A stretch of 64,000 nt of DNA, taken from the NCBI GenBank assembly GCA_048938855.1, contig JBHLLT010000001.1, positions 384,124 through 448,123 of the forward strand, given 5' to 3'. Positions 20,336 to 29,868 of this stretch are shown in pieces. Source of the DNA: Promethearchaeota archaeon (GTDB taxonomy: Archaea; Asgardarchaeota; Lokiarchaeia; Sigyniarchaeales; SOKP01). The notes beneath the pieces are model-generated. The model did not search any database, was not told the DNA's origin, and saw only the letters and a program-made list of their open reading frames with translations. Within the stretch, counting starts at the first letter, position 1, and the number at the start of each line of letters is the position of its first letter. The translations under genes were made by a program, and so were the position numbers.

Positions 20336-20839
20336 ATGGCAAAAAAAAAAGTACCAAAAAAAGAAGAGGATACCGAAGAAGATCTAGATGAATTTATGGA
20401 AGAATTATTAGAAGACGAGGAAGTTGAGAGTGTTTACCCTAAAGTAGAAGATAAAAAAGAAGTAAAATCAGTTCCTCCTCCAGATGAAGAGATTATTGAA
20501 GAAGGAGAAGAAGAAGAATTTGAATTAGAAGAAGAACCATTATTTCCAGATTATAAATATCTTAATCTAAGCTTAAATAAGGGCAAAGGTGAAAATGATT
20601 ACGAATTAATTGTTGAGGGACAATCCCATGGATTTTGTAATATCCTTGTAAAACATTTATTAAATATTGAGGGTGTAAATATTGCTGCCTATAAAGCAAC
20701 TAATATATTCCCTGCACAAATTTTCATACGCCTTGAAAATTCTAAAAATTATAAAATTAAAGATATTTTACATAAAGGTATTGAATCATTGAGAGAAGAA
20801 GTTCTCGAAACTCAAAAAATATTTAAAAAGCTTACTTAA
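20336..20839 (+). CDS. rpoL: RNA polymerase subunit L (Rpo11) with an acidic N-terminal extension
   Basis: C-terminal EGQSHGFCNIL...AAY Rpo11-like core, syntenic with csl4. ATG at 20336 (track start 20321). Confidence 0.8.
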   Translation: MAKKKVPKKEEDTEEDLDEFMEELLEDEEVESVYPKVEDKKEVKSVPPPDEEIIEEGEEEEFELEEEPLFPDYKYLNLSLNKGKGENDYELIVEGQSHGFCNILVKHLLNIEGVNIAAYKATNIFPAQIFIRLENSKNYKIKDILHKGIESLREEVLETQKIFKKLT

Positions 20840-20896
20840 CACATTTTTCTCTTTTTTATGAAAACTTTATAAGAGGTTTTAATTCAACTTATCATA

Positions 20897-21349
20897 ATGG
20901 ATTACGAGTTTTTAATTTCAGATTTAACCCTTAATAAAACACAAAAAGCTATCGGAACTGATAAAGGGTTGGCAAAAATTGGAGATGCAATTATCAATTT
21001 ATCCTATTCAGTAGCAAAGTCTATATATTTAACGAAAAATAATCTGAGCCATAAAGTGATTCGAACTGGAAAAAAAGTAAGTAAAAATGTTTTAGAAACA
21101 GCATTAAAAAATGCCAATATGAAAAGCTTTGCAAGAACAAGAGCTGATGCTCACGATCTTGCAGATACAGTTGAAGCGATAGTGGCATATGTGTGGTTTA
21201 TCAATAAAATGTCTGTAAAAGAGATTATAAATTTCTTGGCTGATAATCTCTCAGGAGATCTTCTTAATAGGGCTGAGGAGATTAAAAATGCTACAGTTGC
21301 ATTTACTAATCTATTAAATCATATTAAACAATTTCTACCCAATAATTAG
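20897..21349 (+). CDS. Archaeal stand-alone RNase III-like domain protein
   Basis: DKGLAKIGDAIINL and ADTVEAIVAY resemble RNase III signature helices. Conserved position after rpoL. Confidence 0.75.
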   Translation: MDYEFLISDLTLNKTQKAIGTDKGLAKIGDAIINLSYSVAKSIYLTKNNLSHKVIRTGKKVSKNVLETALKNANMKSFARTRADAHDLADTVEAIVAYVWFINKMSVKEIINFLADNLSGDLLNRAEEIKNATVAFTNLLNHIKQFLPNN

Positions 21350-21356
21350 TAAGACT

Positions 21357-21917
21357 ATGAAAGAAAATCCTATTGTAATTGGAATAGATGATGCAACCTT
21401 TGAATTAAAGACAATTGCAAAAACTACTCAGTTAATTGGTGTTGTATGTCAAGGAATTAGACCTGTTAGCGTTTTTCGAACAGAAATTGAAATTGATGGA
21501 CAAAATGCAACTGAAAAGCTAATAGAATTAGTAACAAATAACGATAAACATGTTCAATTTATATTAACTCATAGTATTACTTTCGGAGGATTTAACCTAA
21601 TTAATTTAAACAAGATTTATAATGAAGTAGGGAAACCAATAATTGCCGTTAATGAACGAAATGTTGATATCGATTTAGTAATAAAAACTATCAAACAGAA
21701 ATTTCCAATTAGATTTAAACAAAAAATTCAAAACATTATTGATGCAGGAAATTTATTTCATACTCAAATTGAGACTGCGGGAGGTATATCAGATATTTAT
21801 TTCCACTCTAAAGGAATTGAAAATGATAAAGTAGAATCACTGTTGCAAAAGGTCTGTATTGACTCTAAATTACCAGAGTGTGTCCGACTTGCTCATTTAA
21901 TAGGAAAAATATTTTAA
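21357..21917 (+). CDS. DUF99 / endonuclease V-like protein
   Basis: IGIDDA, DG.NAT, ITFGGFN, KLPECVRLAHLIG. Confidence 0.85.
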   Translation: MKENPIVIGIDDATFELKTIAKTTQLIGVVCQGIRPVSVFRTEIEIDGQNATEKLIELVTNNDKHVQFILTHSITFGGFNLINLNKIYNEVGKPIIAVNERNVDIDLVIKTIKQKFPIRFKQKIQNIIDAGNLFHTQIETAGGISDIYFHSKGIENDKVESLLQKVCIDSKLPECVRLAHLIGKIF

Positions 21918-21935
21918 GAACTACTTTTAAATCTT

Positions 21936-22409
21936 CTATTTTGACTCAATCTCGTATTCTAAAATATCTCGTATTCTGTCTCTTAAATCCAACCTAATAG
22001 CAGACATACCATAAGTACGTATGCCTAATTTTTTCTGGACTTTTTTTGCAGTCAAAGCATCTGGAAGATCTTGTTTATTAGCAATTGCTATGATTTTGGT
22101 ATCGAGATATCGTGAAAATTTCTTGTAGATCTCTTTAGTTTCTTTAATATTATCTTCTGTGGAATCACAGACTAAAACTGCTAATCCTGCTCCTCTTAAA
22201 AAATCCTGCCACATGAATCTAAACCGTTCTTGTCCTCCAAAATCCCATATATTGACTTTTTTTCCATTTAAAATTGAATCTTCTATTTCTAAACCTACTG
22301 TTGGGTTTCTCTCCTTTGATATTTCACGACCTTGAAGTAAGTTTAACAAAGATGACTTTCCAACACTACTTAACCCAAAAATACAAATTTTTGTTTTAGT
22401 CGAAAGAAC
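21936..22409 (-). CDS. Small GTPase (Arf/Rab-like), with a probable non-canonical start
   Basis: The frame continues upstream of the track's TTG (22349) through the P-loop KICIFGLSSVGKSS to a TGA at 22416-22418. PTVG, WDFGGQ, NKQD and SA motifs are present. Confidence 0.88.
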   Translation of the reverse strand, partial: VLSTKTKICIFGLSSVGKSSLLNLLQGREISKERNPTVGLEIEDSILNGKKVNIWDFGGQERFRFMWQDFLRGAGLAVLVCDSTEDNIKETKEIYKKFSRYLDTKIIAIANKQDLPDALTAKKVQKKLGIRTYGMSAIRLDLRDRIRDILEYEIESK

Positions 22410-22614
22410 CTTAAATCAACCTTTTCTAAATACAACCTATTAAGAAGAAAAGGCAAATAATTCTTCAAAAAAGAAAATATCATTCATGTATCATGGGAGT
22501 ATTCTAATAAAACATAAAGTTAAATAAAAACTAGCTTGATTTAAATGAATTAGTATCAAAAAAATATTCAAGTAAAAATAAGAATTTAAGAAAAAATTTC
22601 AAATATAGTAAGAT

Positions 22615-23916
22615 TTATGCTCCTGGTACAATATCTTTAACTATACCCACAGCGACGGTTCTGCCCATATCGCGTACAGCAAATCGACCCATCTCAGGAA
22701 TATCCTCATATTTTTCAAGACACATTTTCTTAATTGGTGTTAACTCAACGATAGCAGACTCGTTCTTTTTCAGAAACTTTGGTGAATCTTCAATCACTGC
22801 TCCAGTCTTCTGATCTAACTTCTTAACTAAAGCAGAGAATCTTGCAGCTACTTGTGCTGTATGTGCATGAATAACTGGAGTATATCCTTGTGCAACTGCA
22901 GTAGGATGCCAAATAACAATAATTTGTCCCGTCCATTTTCCCTTTGGTGTTATTACTGTTGGTGGATCTTTAGGATGTCCTAAACAATCACCCCGACTTG
23001 CATCTTCCATTGTAATACCTCGAATACTAAATCCAACATTGTCTCCTGGGATAGCTTGTGGAATCTCCTCATGATGCATTTCAATTGATCGAATTTCTCC
23101 TTTAAATCCAGTAGGCATAATTATTATTTGATCGCCTTTCTTCAAAATTCCAGTTTCTACTCTTCCAACGGGTACGACTCCAGTACCTTTAATTCTATAA
23201 GCATCTTGGATAGGAAGTCTTAAAGGTTTACCAGTTGGCTTTTCAGGAAGTGTAAACTCATCAATGGCATCAATCAATGTTGGTCCATCATACCAGGGCA
23301 TTTTATCACTTTTCTTTGAGAGATTTTCCATTTGCATGCCACTTGTAGGAATGAATTTCACGCCCTTAAAGCCTATACTCTTAAGTAAGTCTCCTACTGA
23401 TTCTTTGCATTCATTAAATCGATCTTCTGAGTAATCATAGATATCTGCTTTATTGACAGCAACTACTATCTGTTTGATCCCCAGAGTTTGTGCTAAATAC
23501 GCATGTTCACGAGTTTGTCCATTAGCAGCGATGCCAACTTCCATTTCCCCTTTTTTACCAGAAACAACAAGAATAGCAGCATCAGCCTGGCTGGCGCCGG
23601 TTATCATATTCTTGACAAAATCTGCATGACCAGGCGCATCGATGATAGTAAAGTATTTTGTCTTGGTTTCGAACTTTCTAAATGCCAAATCAATGGTAAT
23701 CCCCCTTTGTCGTTCCTCTTTTAGTCTGTCAAAGACAAAAGCATATGACCAAGAATCTCTGTCGTATTCCTTTGCGAGTTTTTCCAATTCACGGGCTTCT
23801 CTGTCAGTTACAGCTCCAGTTTCAATGAGCATTGCGCCCATCATAGTACTCTTACCGTGATCAATGTGTCCGATTATAACCAAATTCAGGTGGTCTTTAT
23901 CAGCCATTTTCATCAA
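22615..23916 (-). CDS. tuf: Translation elongation factor 1-alpha
   Basis: GHIDHGKST, RGITID, DAPGH, NKAD, GRFAVRDMG. Confidence 0.98.
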   Translation of the reverse strand: MMKMADKDHLNLVIIGHIDHGKSTMMGAMLIETGAVTDREARELEKLAKEYDRDSWSYAFVFDRLKEERQRGITIDLAFRKFETKTKYFTIIDAPGHADFVKNMITGASQADAAILVVSGKKGEMEVGIAANGQTREHAYLAQTLGIKQIVVAVNKADIYDYSEDRFNECKESVGDLLKSIGFKGVKFIPTSGMQMENLSKKSDKMPWYDGPTLIDAIDEFTLPEKPTGKPLRLPIQDAYRIKGTGVVPVGRVETGILKKGDQIIIMPTGFKGEIRSIEMHHEEIPQAIPGDNVGFSIRGITMEDASRGDCLGHPKDPPTVITPKGKWTGQIIVIWHPTAVAQGYTPVIHAHTAQVAARFSALVKKLDQKTGAVIEDSPKFLKKNESAIVELTPIKKMCLEKYEDIPEMGRFAVRDMGRTVAVGIVKDIVPGA

Positions 23917-24278
23917 TTTCCTTTATTTTTTTTGATTTAATTATTCTGAATATAATATTAAATATTAAAATTATTTTTATTAGATGTTAATTGTAAATGT
24001 TGTTGAATTTATATTTTTTACTATATTACCGCAGAATTATCGAGTATTAAATTAATGTATTGACTAAATATCGATCCTTAGATTAACACTATATAAAAAG
24101 GCAAATAAATAGGTAAAACCCGAAATTGGACTTCGGATGTAGTTCAAAAATTCAAACTATAAATTTATTCAATTCTATATTGAATACAATTTTGGACTTT
24201 TGAATCAAATAAGAAATTTAAGTAAGACGAAATTTACCTAAATAACATATCAATTTAATTCTAGTAAAGGAGTTTCAA

Positions 24279-26144
24279 ATGGTTAATGGATATACGGGAA
24301 ATATACTCCGCGTAGATTTGACAAATAAAGAAATCTCAATTGAGAATCCTGATGAAATTTTTTACCGTCGATATATTGGTGGTGAAGGTTTTGTAGCCTA
24401 TTATCTTTTACAAGAAGTTTCAAGAGGGATCGACCCATTAGGACCAGAGAATAAATTAATCTTTGCTACGGGCCCTTTAACGGGATATGCAATTCCAGGA
24501 ACCGGTAGAAATAGTGTAGGGGCAAAATCCCCTTTAACGGGTGGCTTTGGTGAAGCTGAGGTTGGAGGTCACTGGGGGGCTGAATTAAAACATGCAGGTT
24601 TTGATGCGATAATAGTTGAAGGAAAAGCAAAAAGTCCGGTGTATTTATGGATAAAGGATGGAGTGGCAGAAATAAAGGATGCTAGTCATCTTTGGGGTAA
24701 GGTTACTGGAGAAGTAGAGTCAATTATTAAAAATGAGTTGGGGGATGAATTAATCCGTGTTGCTCAAATTGGACCAGGAGGAGAACGATTAGTGCGTTAT
24801 GCTTGTGTTATTAATGATCTTAGAAATGCTGCTGGTCGAACTGGTATGGGAGCTGTTATGGGTTCTAAAAATTTAAAAGCGATAGCAGTTAGAGGTCATA
24901 AGAGACTAGAAGTCAAGAATAAAGAAAAGTTAAGGGAAAAAATTAAAGAATTCAATGAATTAGCTTATAAACCTGTTAGAGGATATTTTGAATATGGTAC
25001 TGGAGGGGGTATTATGGAACCATTTGCTAAGTCTGGAAATCTTCCAACGCGAAATTTTCGGGATGGTAATTTTTCTGGTGCAAGGCGTTTAGATCCTGGT
25101 ATTATGAAAGAAGAAATTGGACTTAAGATGGAAGCATGTTATGCTTGTTCAATTCGGTGTAAAAAAATAGTAGATATTAAGGAACCATGGACAGTTGATC
25201 CAATTTATGGGGGTCCCGAATATGAATCGATTGCAGCGTTTGGCTCTAATTGTGGTGTGGATGATATAAAAGCAGTTTGTAAAGCTAATGAGATTTGTAA
25301 TCAATATTCTTTAGATACGATTTCTGTAGGAGTTTCTGTTGGATTTGCAATGGAGTGTTATGAGAAGGGGATCTTATCTGATAAAGATACAGATGGGTTA
25401 AAGCTTAATTTTGGAAATGCTGAAGCTATGGTTAAGATGGTTGAAAAAATAGCTAAACGTGAAGGATTAGGCGATATTTTAGCTGAAGGTGTCAAAAAAG
25501 TTGCTGAAAAATTTGGTAATGGTGCAAATAAATTTGCTATGCATGTAAAAGGGCAAGAAATTCCAATGCATGAACCTCGTTTAAAACAGGGATTAGGAAT
25601 CGGTTATACAATTTCTCCGACGGGAGCAGAACACATGGCAAATTTACATGATACTTCAATTGCGAGTGAACGAGCAATAGAATCTCATAAAGCAATTGGA
25701 ATTTTAGAACCTCTTGAGCTAAATGATCTAGGAGAAAAGAAGATTAAAGCATTGGTATATTATAGTAATTGGCGCAATCTATACAATGCTTTATTAATAT
25801 GCTATTTCTTGCCTTGGGATTATGTTGATGCGCCTGAAATCTTAGCAGCGGTAACGGGGTGGTATACTTCAACTTGGGAATTAATGAAAGTAGGAGAGAG
25901 GATAATAACTATGGCAAGAGCATTTAATATTAGGGAAGGACTTACAAAAGAAGATGATTGGTTACCAGAAAGATTTTTCGAACCTCATACATCAGGAGCT
26001 CTCGCGGAGACTTTTATTAAACCGGATGAACTTAAAAATGGGATAGTTACTTATTATAAAATGATGGGATGGAATGAAGCCGGAAAGCCTACAAAATCAA
26101 AATTAGCAGAATTGGATATAGGATGGGTTTCTCAATATCTATAA
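24279..26144 (+). CDS. aor: Tungsten-containing aldehyde:ferredoxin oxidoreductase family protein
   Basis: KSPLTG, GRTGMGAVMGSKNLKA, CYAC...C Fe-S ligands, EYES, DTIS, D.LPERF. Confidence 0.93.
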   Translation: MVNGYTGNILRVDLTNKEISIENPDEIFYRRYIGGEGFVAYYLLQEVSRGIDPLGPENKLIFATGPLTGYAIPGTGRNSVGAKSPLTGGFGEAEVGGHWGAELKHAGFDAIIVEGKAKSPVYLWIKDGVAEIKDASHLWGKVTGEVESIIKNELGDELIRVAQIGPGGERLVRYACVINDLRNAAGRTGMGAVMGSKNLKAIAVRGHKRLEVKNKEKLREKIKEFNELAYKPVRGYFEYGTGGGIMEPFAKSGNLPTRNFRDGNFSGARRLDPGIMKEEIGLKMEACYACSIRCKKIVDIKEPWTVDPIYGGPEYESIAAFGSNCGVDDIKAVCKANEICNQYSLDTISVGVSVGFAMECYEKGILSDKDTDGLKLNFGNAEAMVKMVEKIAKREGLGDILAEGVKKVAEKFGNGANKFAMHVKGQEIPMHEPRLKQGLGIGYTISPTGAEHMANLHDTSIASERAIESHKAIGILEPLELNDLGEKKIKALVYYSNWRNLYNALLICYFLPWDYVDAPEILAAVTGWYTSTWELMKVGERIITMARAFNIREGLTKEDDWLPERFFEPHTSGALAETFIKPDELKNGIVTYYKMMGWNEAGKPTKSKLAELDIGWVSQYL

Positions 26145-26169
26145 GTTTTTTTATAAGTAACAAACGATT

Positions 26170-26640
26170 TCAATCTTCATCTGTATTTGCATTTTCTAAA
26201 TCTTCAGCATAATGTCCTTTTATGTCCTCATACAATTCTCTTTTATTATCTTTTAATAGTTTAAAGATTTCTTCCACATCCTTTCGAAAATTAACTTTTT
26301 TTCCCTCAGAATCAGTAATTTCAATAATAACTTTATTTTGTAAAAATTTTTTAAAAACTAAATCAATATCATAGATATTTACATGAGTTTCTTTAAAAAA
26401 ATCTAATAGATGATGCAAATAAAGAGCTTTAATATAACCTTTCTTATCTTTGTACTTTTCACAGAAATATTTGAGTTGTTGTGAAATGATGCTCTCATCA
26501 TCATCTTCAGGTTCTATATTATCTTCTTTATAAAGAGCCCAATCAAAACCATAATCTAAAGCTCTATTTACTAAATCAGCTACATTCTTGCGAATACCTG
26601 CCTTTTCAGCCCATTTTGTATGAATAAACCAATTTGGTAT
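26170..26640 (-). CDS. Hypothetical protein (156 aa), probable ATA start
   Basis: The frame is open for 74 codons upstream of the track's TTG (26418), reading (I/M)PNWFIHTKWAEKAGI...; it also contains YLHHLLDF. Confidence 0.7.
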   Translation of the reverse strand: MPNWFIHTKWAEKAGIRKNVADLVNRALDYGFDWALYKEDNIEPEDDDESIISQQLKYFCEKYKDKKGYIKALYLHHLLDFFKETHVNIYDIDLVFKKFLQNKVIIEITDSEGKKVNFRKDVEEIFKLLKDNKRELYEDIKGHYAEDLENANTDED

Positions 26641-26759
26641 TTTTCATCAACCTTAGTCTGATTTTTATGTGAAAGATAAAAAAAATAAAAAATTATAGTT
26701 CGTTATTACAAATAATAATTTTAAAAAATTAAATAATAAACAATAACCTTATCAAAACA

Positions 26760-27581
26760 ATGGTAAAAAGTAAAACAAAGTTTCCACATGAAGGAGAATT
26801 TGTGGTTGCTAAAGTAACAGAGGTTCAAAATCAATATGTTTATGTTGATTTAATAGATTATGATGGATTAGATCATGAATCTAACGCACGTGGTATGATT
26901 CACATATCAGAAATTAGTTCTAGATGGATTAAAAATATACGTAATTATGTAAGAATTGGTCAAAGAGTTGTTTTACGAGTATTAAGAGTAGATGTGGATA
27001 AAGGGCATGTAGATTTATCATTGCGCAGGGTTAATTCTGCTCAAAAAGAAAATCGAATAAAAGAATGGAAATATGCACTCAAATTTGAAAATTTATTACA
27101 ATTTCTTATTGAGTCCGAAGGAATTAATATGACACTTGATGAAGTTTATGATCTAATAGGATTTCCAATCTTAGAAATGTTTGAAACACACCAAGAAGCT
27201 ATTGAAACTTTAAAAGAAAGTGGTGAAGAAATTTTGTCAGATTTACCAGGGATAACAGATGATATTAAGGAAAATCTGTTAAAAATTATTGATGAAAATG
27301 TAAGTATATCGACAGTAAGTATATCTGGTAAGGTTAAACTTTCATTTACTTCAGAAAATGGCATAGATTATATTAAAGAATCCCTCTTGGACGCATTAAA
27401 AGTAATAGAACAAAAGAAAACAAGAAATATTAATATTAATTACATTGCTGCCCCTTTTTATCGATTAGAAGTTGTCTCAAAAGACTACTTGGATGCTGAA
27501 AATATCTTGTCTACTGCTCTCGAAGTCATTGAACATAAAGCTAATGAATACAAAGGATCTTTTGAATTTATTAGAGATTAA
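26760..27581 (+). CDS. eif2a: Translation initiation factor 2 alpha subunit
   Basis: S1 domain (HISEISSRWIKNIR, HVDLSLRRV), APFYRL. Confidence 0.95.
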   Translation: MVKSKTKFPHEGEFVVAKVTEVQNQYVYVDLIDYDGLDHESNARGMIHISEISSRWIKNIRNYVRIGQRVVLRVLRVDVDKGHVDLSLRRVNSAQKENRIKEWKYALKFENLLQFLIESEGINMTLDEVYDLIGFPILEMFETHQEAIETLKESGEEILSDLPGITDDIKENLLKIIDENVSISTVSISGKVKLSFTSENGIDYIKESLLDALKVIEQKKTRNININYIAAPFYRLEVVSKDYLDAENILSTALEVIEHKANEYKGSFEFIRD

Positions 27582-27589
27582 TATATAAA

Positions 27590-27790
27590 ATGTTGATTTT
27601 TCTCATGACAAAATACCTTCTAAAATGCAAAGACTGTAATAAATATGGACTACATAATTCCGAATTAAAGTGCCGTTATTGTGGAGGGCAATTAGTAAAT
27701 CCAAGACCTCCTAAATTTTCTTTAATTGATAAGTATGGAAAATATCGATTGAAATATTTTAAAGAAGAGTTTGATAAGAAGTTCAAGTAA
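27590..27790 (+). CDS. nop10: H/ACA RNP protein Nop10
   Basis: CxxC...CxxCGG, PPKFS..DKYGKYR. Follows aIF2a. Confidence 0.92.
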   Translation: MLIFLMTKYLLKCKDCNKYGLHNSELKCRYCGGQLVNPRPPKFSLIDKYGKYRLKYFKEEFDKKFK

Positions 27791-27792
27791 CG

Positions 27793-28458
27793 TTAGTTAA
27801 TTTCTATTTTTTCGGCAAATTTTTCAAATATGAGAATTTTTGCATTTTTTTGAGGGAGATGTGCTATATCTTCTACTTGAAATGGGCCATAGTTAACAAG
27901 ATCAATACCTACTAAAGGAGGGGTATCCTTTAAGAATCTTACTAAAATATAATCAATTTCTTCTTCACTTCTCTCTTTTTTAGAGTCAAGAATTTTAGTA
28001 GGTATTTCATCCTTCGAAATTGGAGTTTCTTCAAATGCAGCCTTAATTTTCTCTCTCACTTCATTCAAGTTTAGGGTTTTAATTTCATCCTCTTCATAGA
28101 GAGAAATTGCTTTTACTTTTTTATAACCCTTAATAGAACTTACCAAATTTTCATAAAGTAACTTCTCTGCTTCAATTACACTGTCCAAATTGATTTCTTT
28201 AAGTGCTAAGGCGAAGTTTATTATTTTAAGTTCTCTAATCTTCAAAAAATCTTTAAACAGATAATTCATATTCTCTTTATATGATTTTATTAGCTGATCT
28301 TTTAGATCATCTTTTATTTCTTCGTGATAATTGTTTATAAAATCCAAATTCTTTTTATATTCATTGAATTCTTTTTGATTTAACTCAGTTAACTTAGTAT
28401 TCTGAAATTCTTTAAGCCAATGCTGGTAAAGTTTTTCGTAATCTTTTTGTAATTCCAT
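27793..28458 (-). CDS. GINS subunit (Gins51/15 type)
   Basis: Helical A domain (RELKII) plus C-terminal B domain (VGIDLVNYGPF..EDIA.LP..NA). Downstream of priS. Confidence 0.85.
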   Translation of the reverse strand: MELQKDYEKLYQHWLKEFQNTKLTELNQKEFNEYKKNLDFINNYHEEIKDDLKDQLIKSYKENMNYLFKDFLKIRELKIINFALALKEINLDSVIEAEKLLYENLVSSIKGYKKVKAISLYEEDEIKTLNLNEVREKIKAAFEETPISKDEIPTKILDSKKERSEEEIDYILVRFLKDTPPLVGIDLVNYGPFQVEDIAHLPQKNAKILIFEKFAEKIEIN

Positions 28459-28518
28459 AAATTTCGAATTTTTCAGTTTGATATAATAAGAAGGTGTTCT
28501 AAGTTTAAAATTGTTGAG

Positions 28519-29868
28519 TTAGATAGATTTAGCAACCCCTTTACATAACAAAAATATAGCAATATGATGAGGAACTTCAATCTTTTCTCCAATTTTATAT
28601 GGCCCATATGTTTCACCTTTAATTATTGTTGCTGGTACAATTGGTTCGGTTATTTCTAGCTTTTGAATCGTTTGAACCTTGCTTAAAAAAACAATCGGAT
28701 CTAATTTCTCGGTTTGTTCATCTAAAGGATTAAATAGATCAAGTTCATCAACCAATATCTCTTGAACCTTAAATCCTGTACTACCATGTAAGGATCCGGG
28801 ATATCTTATCAGCCTATGGATATCTATTGAAACAGGTGCATCAAGTTTAATTCCAATCTCTTTAACTATTGCCTCTAAAAACTTATACCACATATTAAGA
28901 TTCGAACTCACGAGAGTCCAATTGTTATTCTCATCTTTCCTAATAGTGGACAATAATTGATCCTTATAATTTACTAAATTTTCTATAAATTTTAGAGATA
29001 AATTATATACATTTTTATTTGATAATAACGATTCGATTGCTAAATTAGGCATATTTAATATTTCTTCAATTTTACTTATTATTTTTTGAGACCATCCTAA
29101 AGTTTGTTTAGATAATCCAAAAACGTTTCCTCCAATCTCTCGTAAACCTAGAATTTCAAATGATATATTTTCTCCTGTAAGATAATCTACAATTTCCCTC
29201 CTTTCATCACTCGATAAGGATCTAAGGTCCGCATCTTCAACTTTTAAATGGTATCCTCTATGCCCAGAAAATGCTATCCGTATGTTTTCAATATCAATAT
29301 TAAAATCGTTTAGTAAGAAATCATTGATCTTCATTATTTCTCTCTTAGCAATATTTAAACATTTTTCACAGATCCATGTTAATTTCTTCAATTTTGATTT
29401 TCCGCAATCTGGACATTTTTCCACCATTCCGTTTCCGTTTTTTCCACATTCTTTACAATACCAAAAATCATGTTCATTCTTACATGGTGTATAAAAATGA
29501 TCTACGTCAATATCGACAATGAAATCACAACCGAGGTAGTCTTTATGTTCCATGTTTTGAATTTCTGGTTTTGAGTAGAGAGAACCACTTGCGTAAACAT
29601 GTCTAGGCCCATTATTGGTTAATTCTATTAAAAGTTGGTCAAATTTTGAATAACCTATATGTCTTATCATCCTTATCTGTTGATCCCAAGGAATAAAACC
29701 AAATTCTCGTTGCTTAAAAGAATTGACTTTTGGTATTTTGGTTTTATTTTCGTTATAAAATTCTTTGAATTGACGCTGTAAGTAATTTAGATCATTCATT
29801 TTCTTCTTGAAATTGTTTTTTAGTATTTTTTTCTTCTTTAGATTCACGGTATTGTCTAACTCTGACAT
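28519..29868 (-). CDS. priS: DNA primase small (catalytic) subunit
   Basis: REFGF, DIDVD, FSGHRGYH, D..RLIRYPGSLH. The likely start is the ATG at 29799. Confidence 0.94.
   Translation of the reverse strand: MSELDNTVNLKKKKILKNNFKKKMNDLNYLQRQFKEFYNENKTKIPKVNSFKQREFGFIPWDQQIRMIRHIGYSKFDQLLIELTNNGPRHVYASGSLYSKPEIQNMEHKDYLGCDFIVDIDVDHFYTPCKNEHDFWYCKECGKNGNGMVEKCPDCGKSKLKKLTWICEKCLNIAKREIMKINDFLLNDFNIDIENIRIAFSGHRGYHLKVEDADLRSLSSDERREIVDYLTGENISFEILGLREIGGNVFGLSKQTLGWSQKIISKIEEILNMPNLAIESLLSNKNVYNLSLKFIENLVNYKDQLLSTIRKDENNNWTLVSSNLNMWYKFLEAIVKEIGIKLDAPVSIDIHRLIRYPGSLHGSTGFKVQEILVDELDLFNPLDEQTEKLDPIVFLSKVQTIQKLEITEPIVPATIIKGETYGPYKIGEKIEVPHHIAIFLLCKGVAKSI

Noticed and set aside
22416-22439. TGA upstream of the GTPase P-loop read as Sec
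   Set aside because: The frame hits TAG seven codons further upstream with no start codon, and there is no Cys-type context.
29792-29868. 77-bp priL/priS overlap
   Set aside because: Artefact of longest-ORF calling; the ATG at 29799 gives an ordinary 8-bp overlap.
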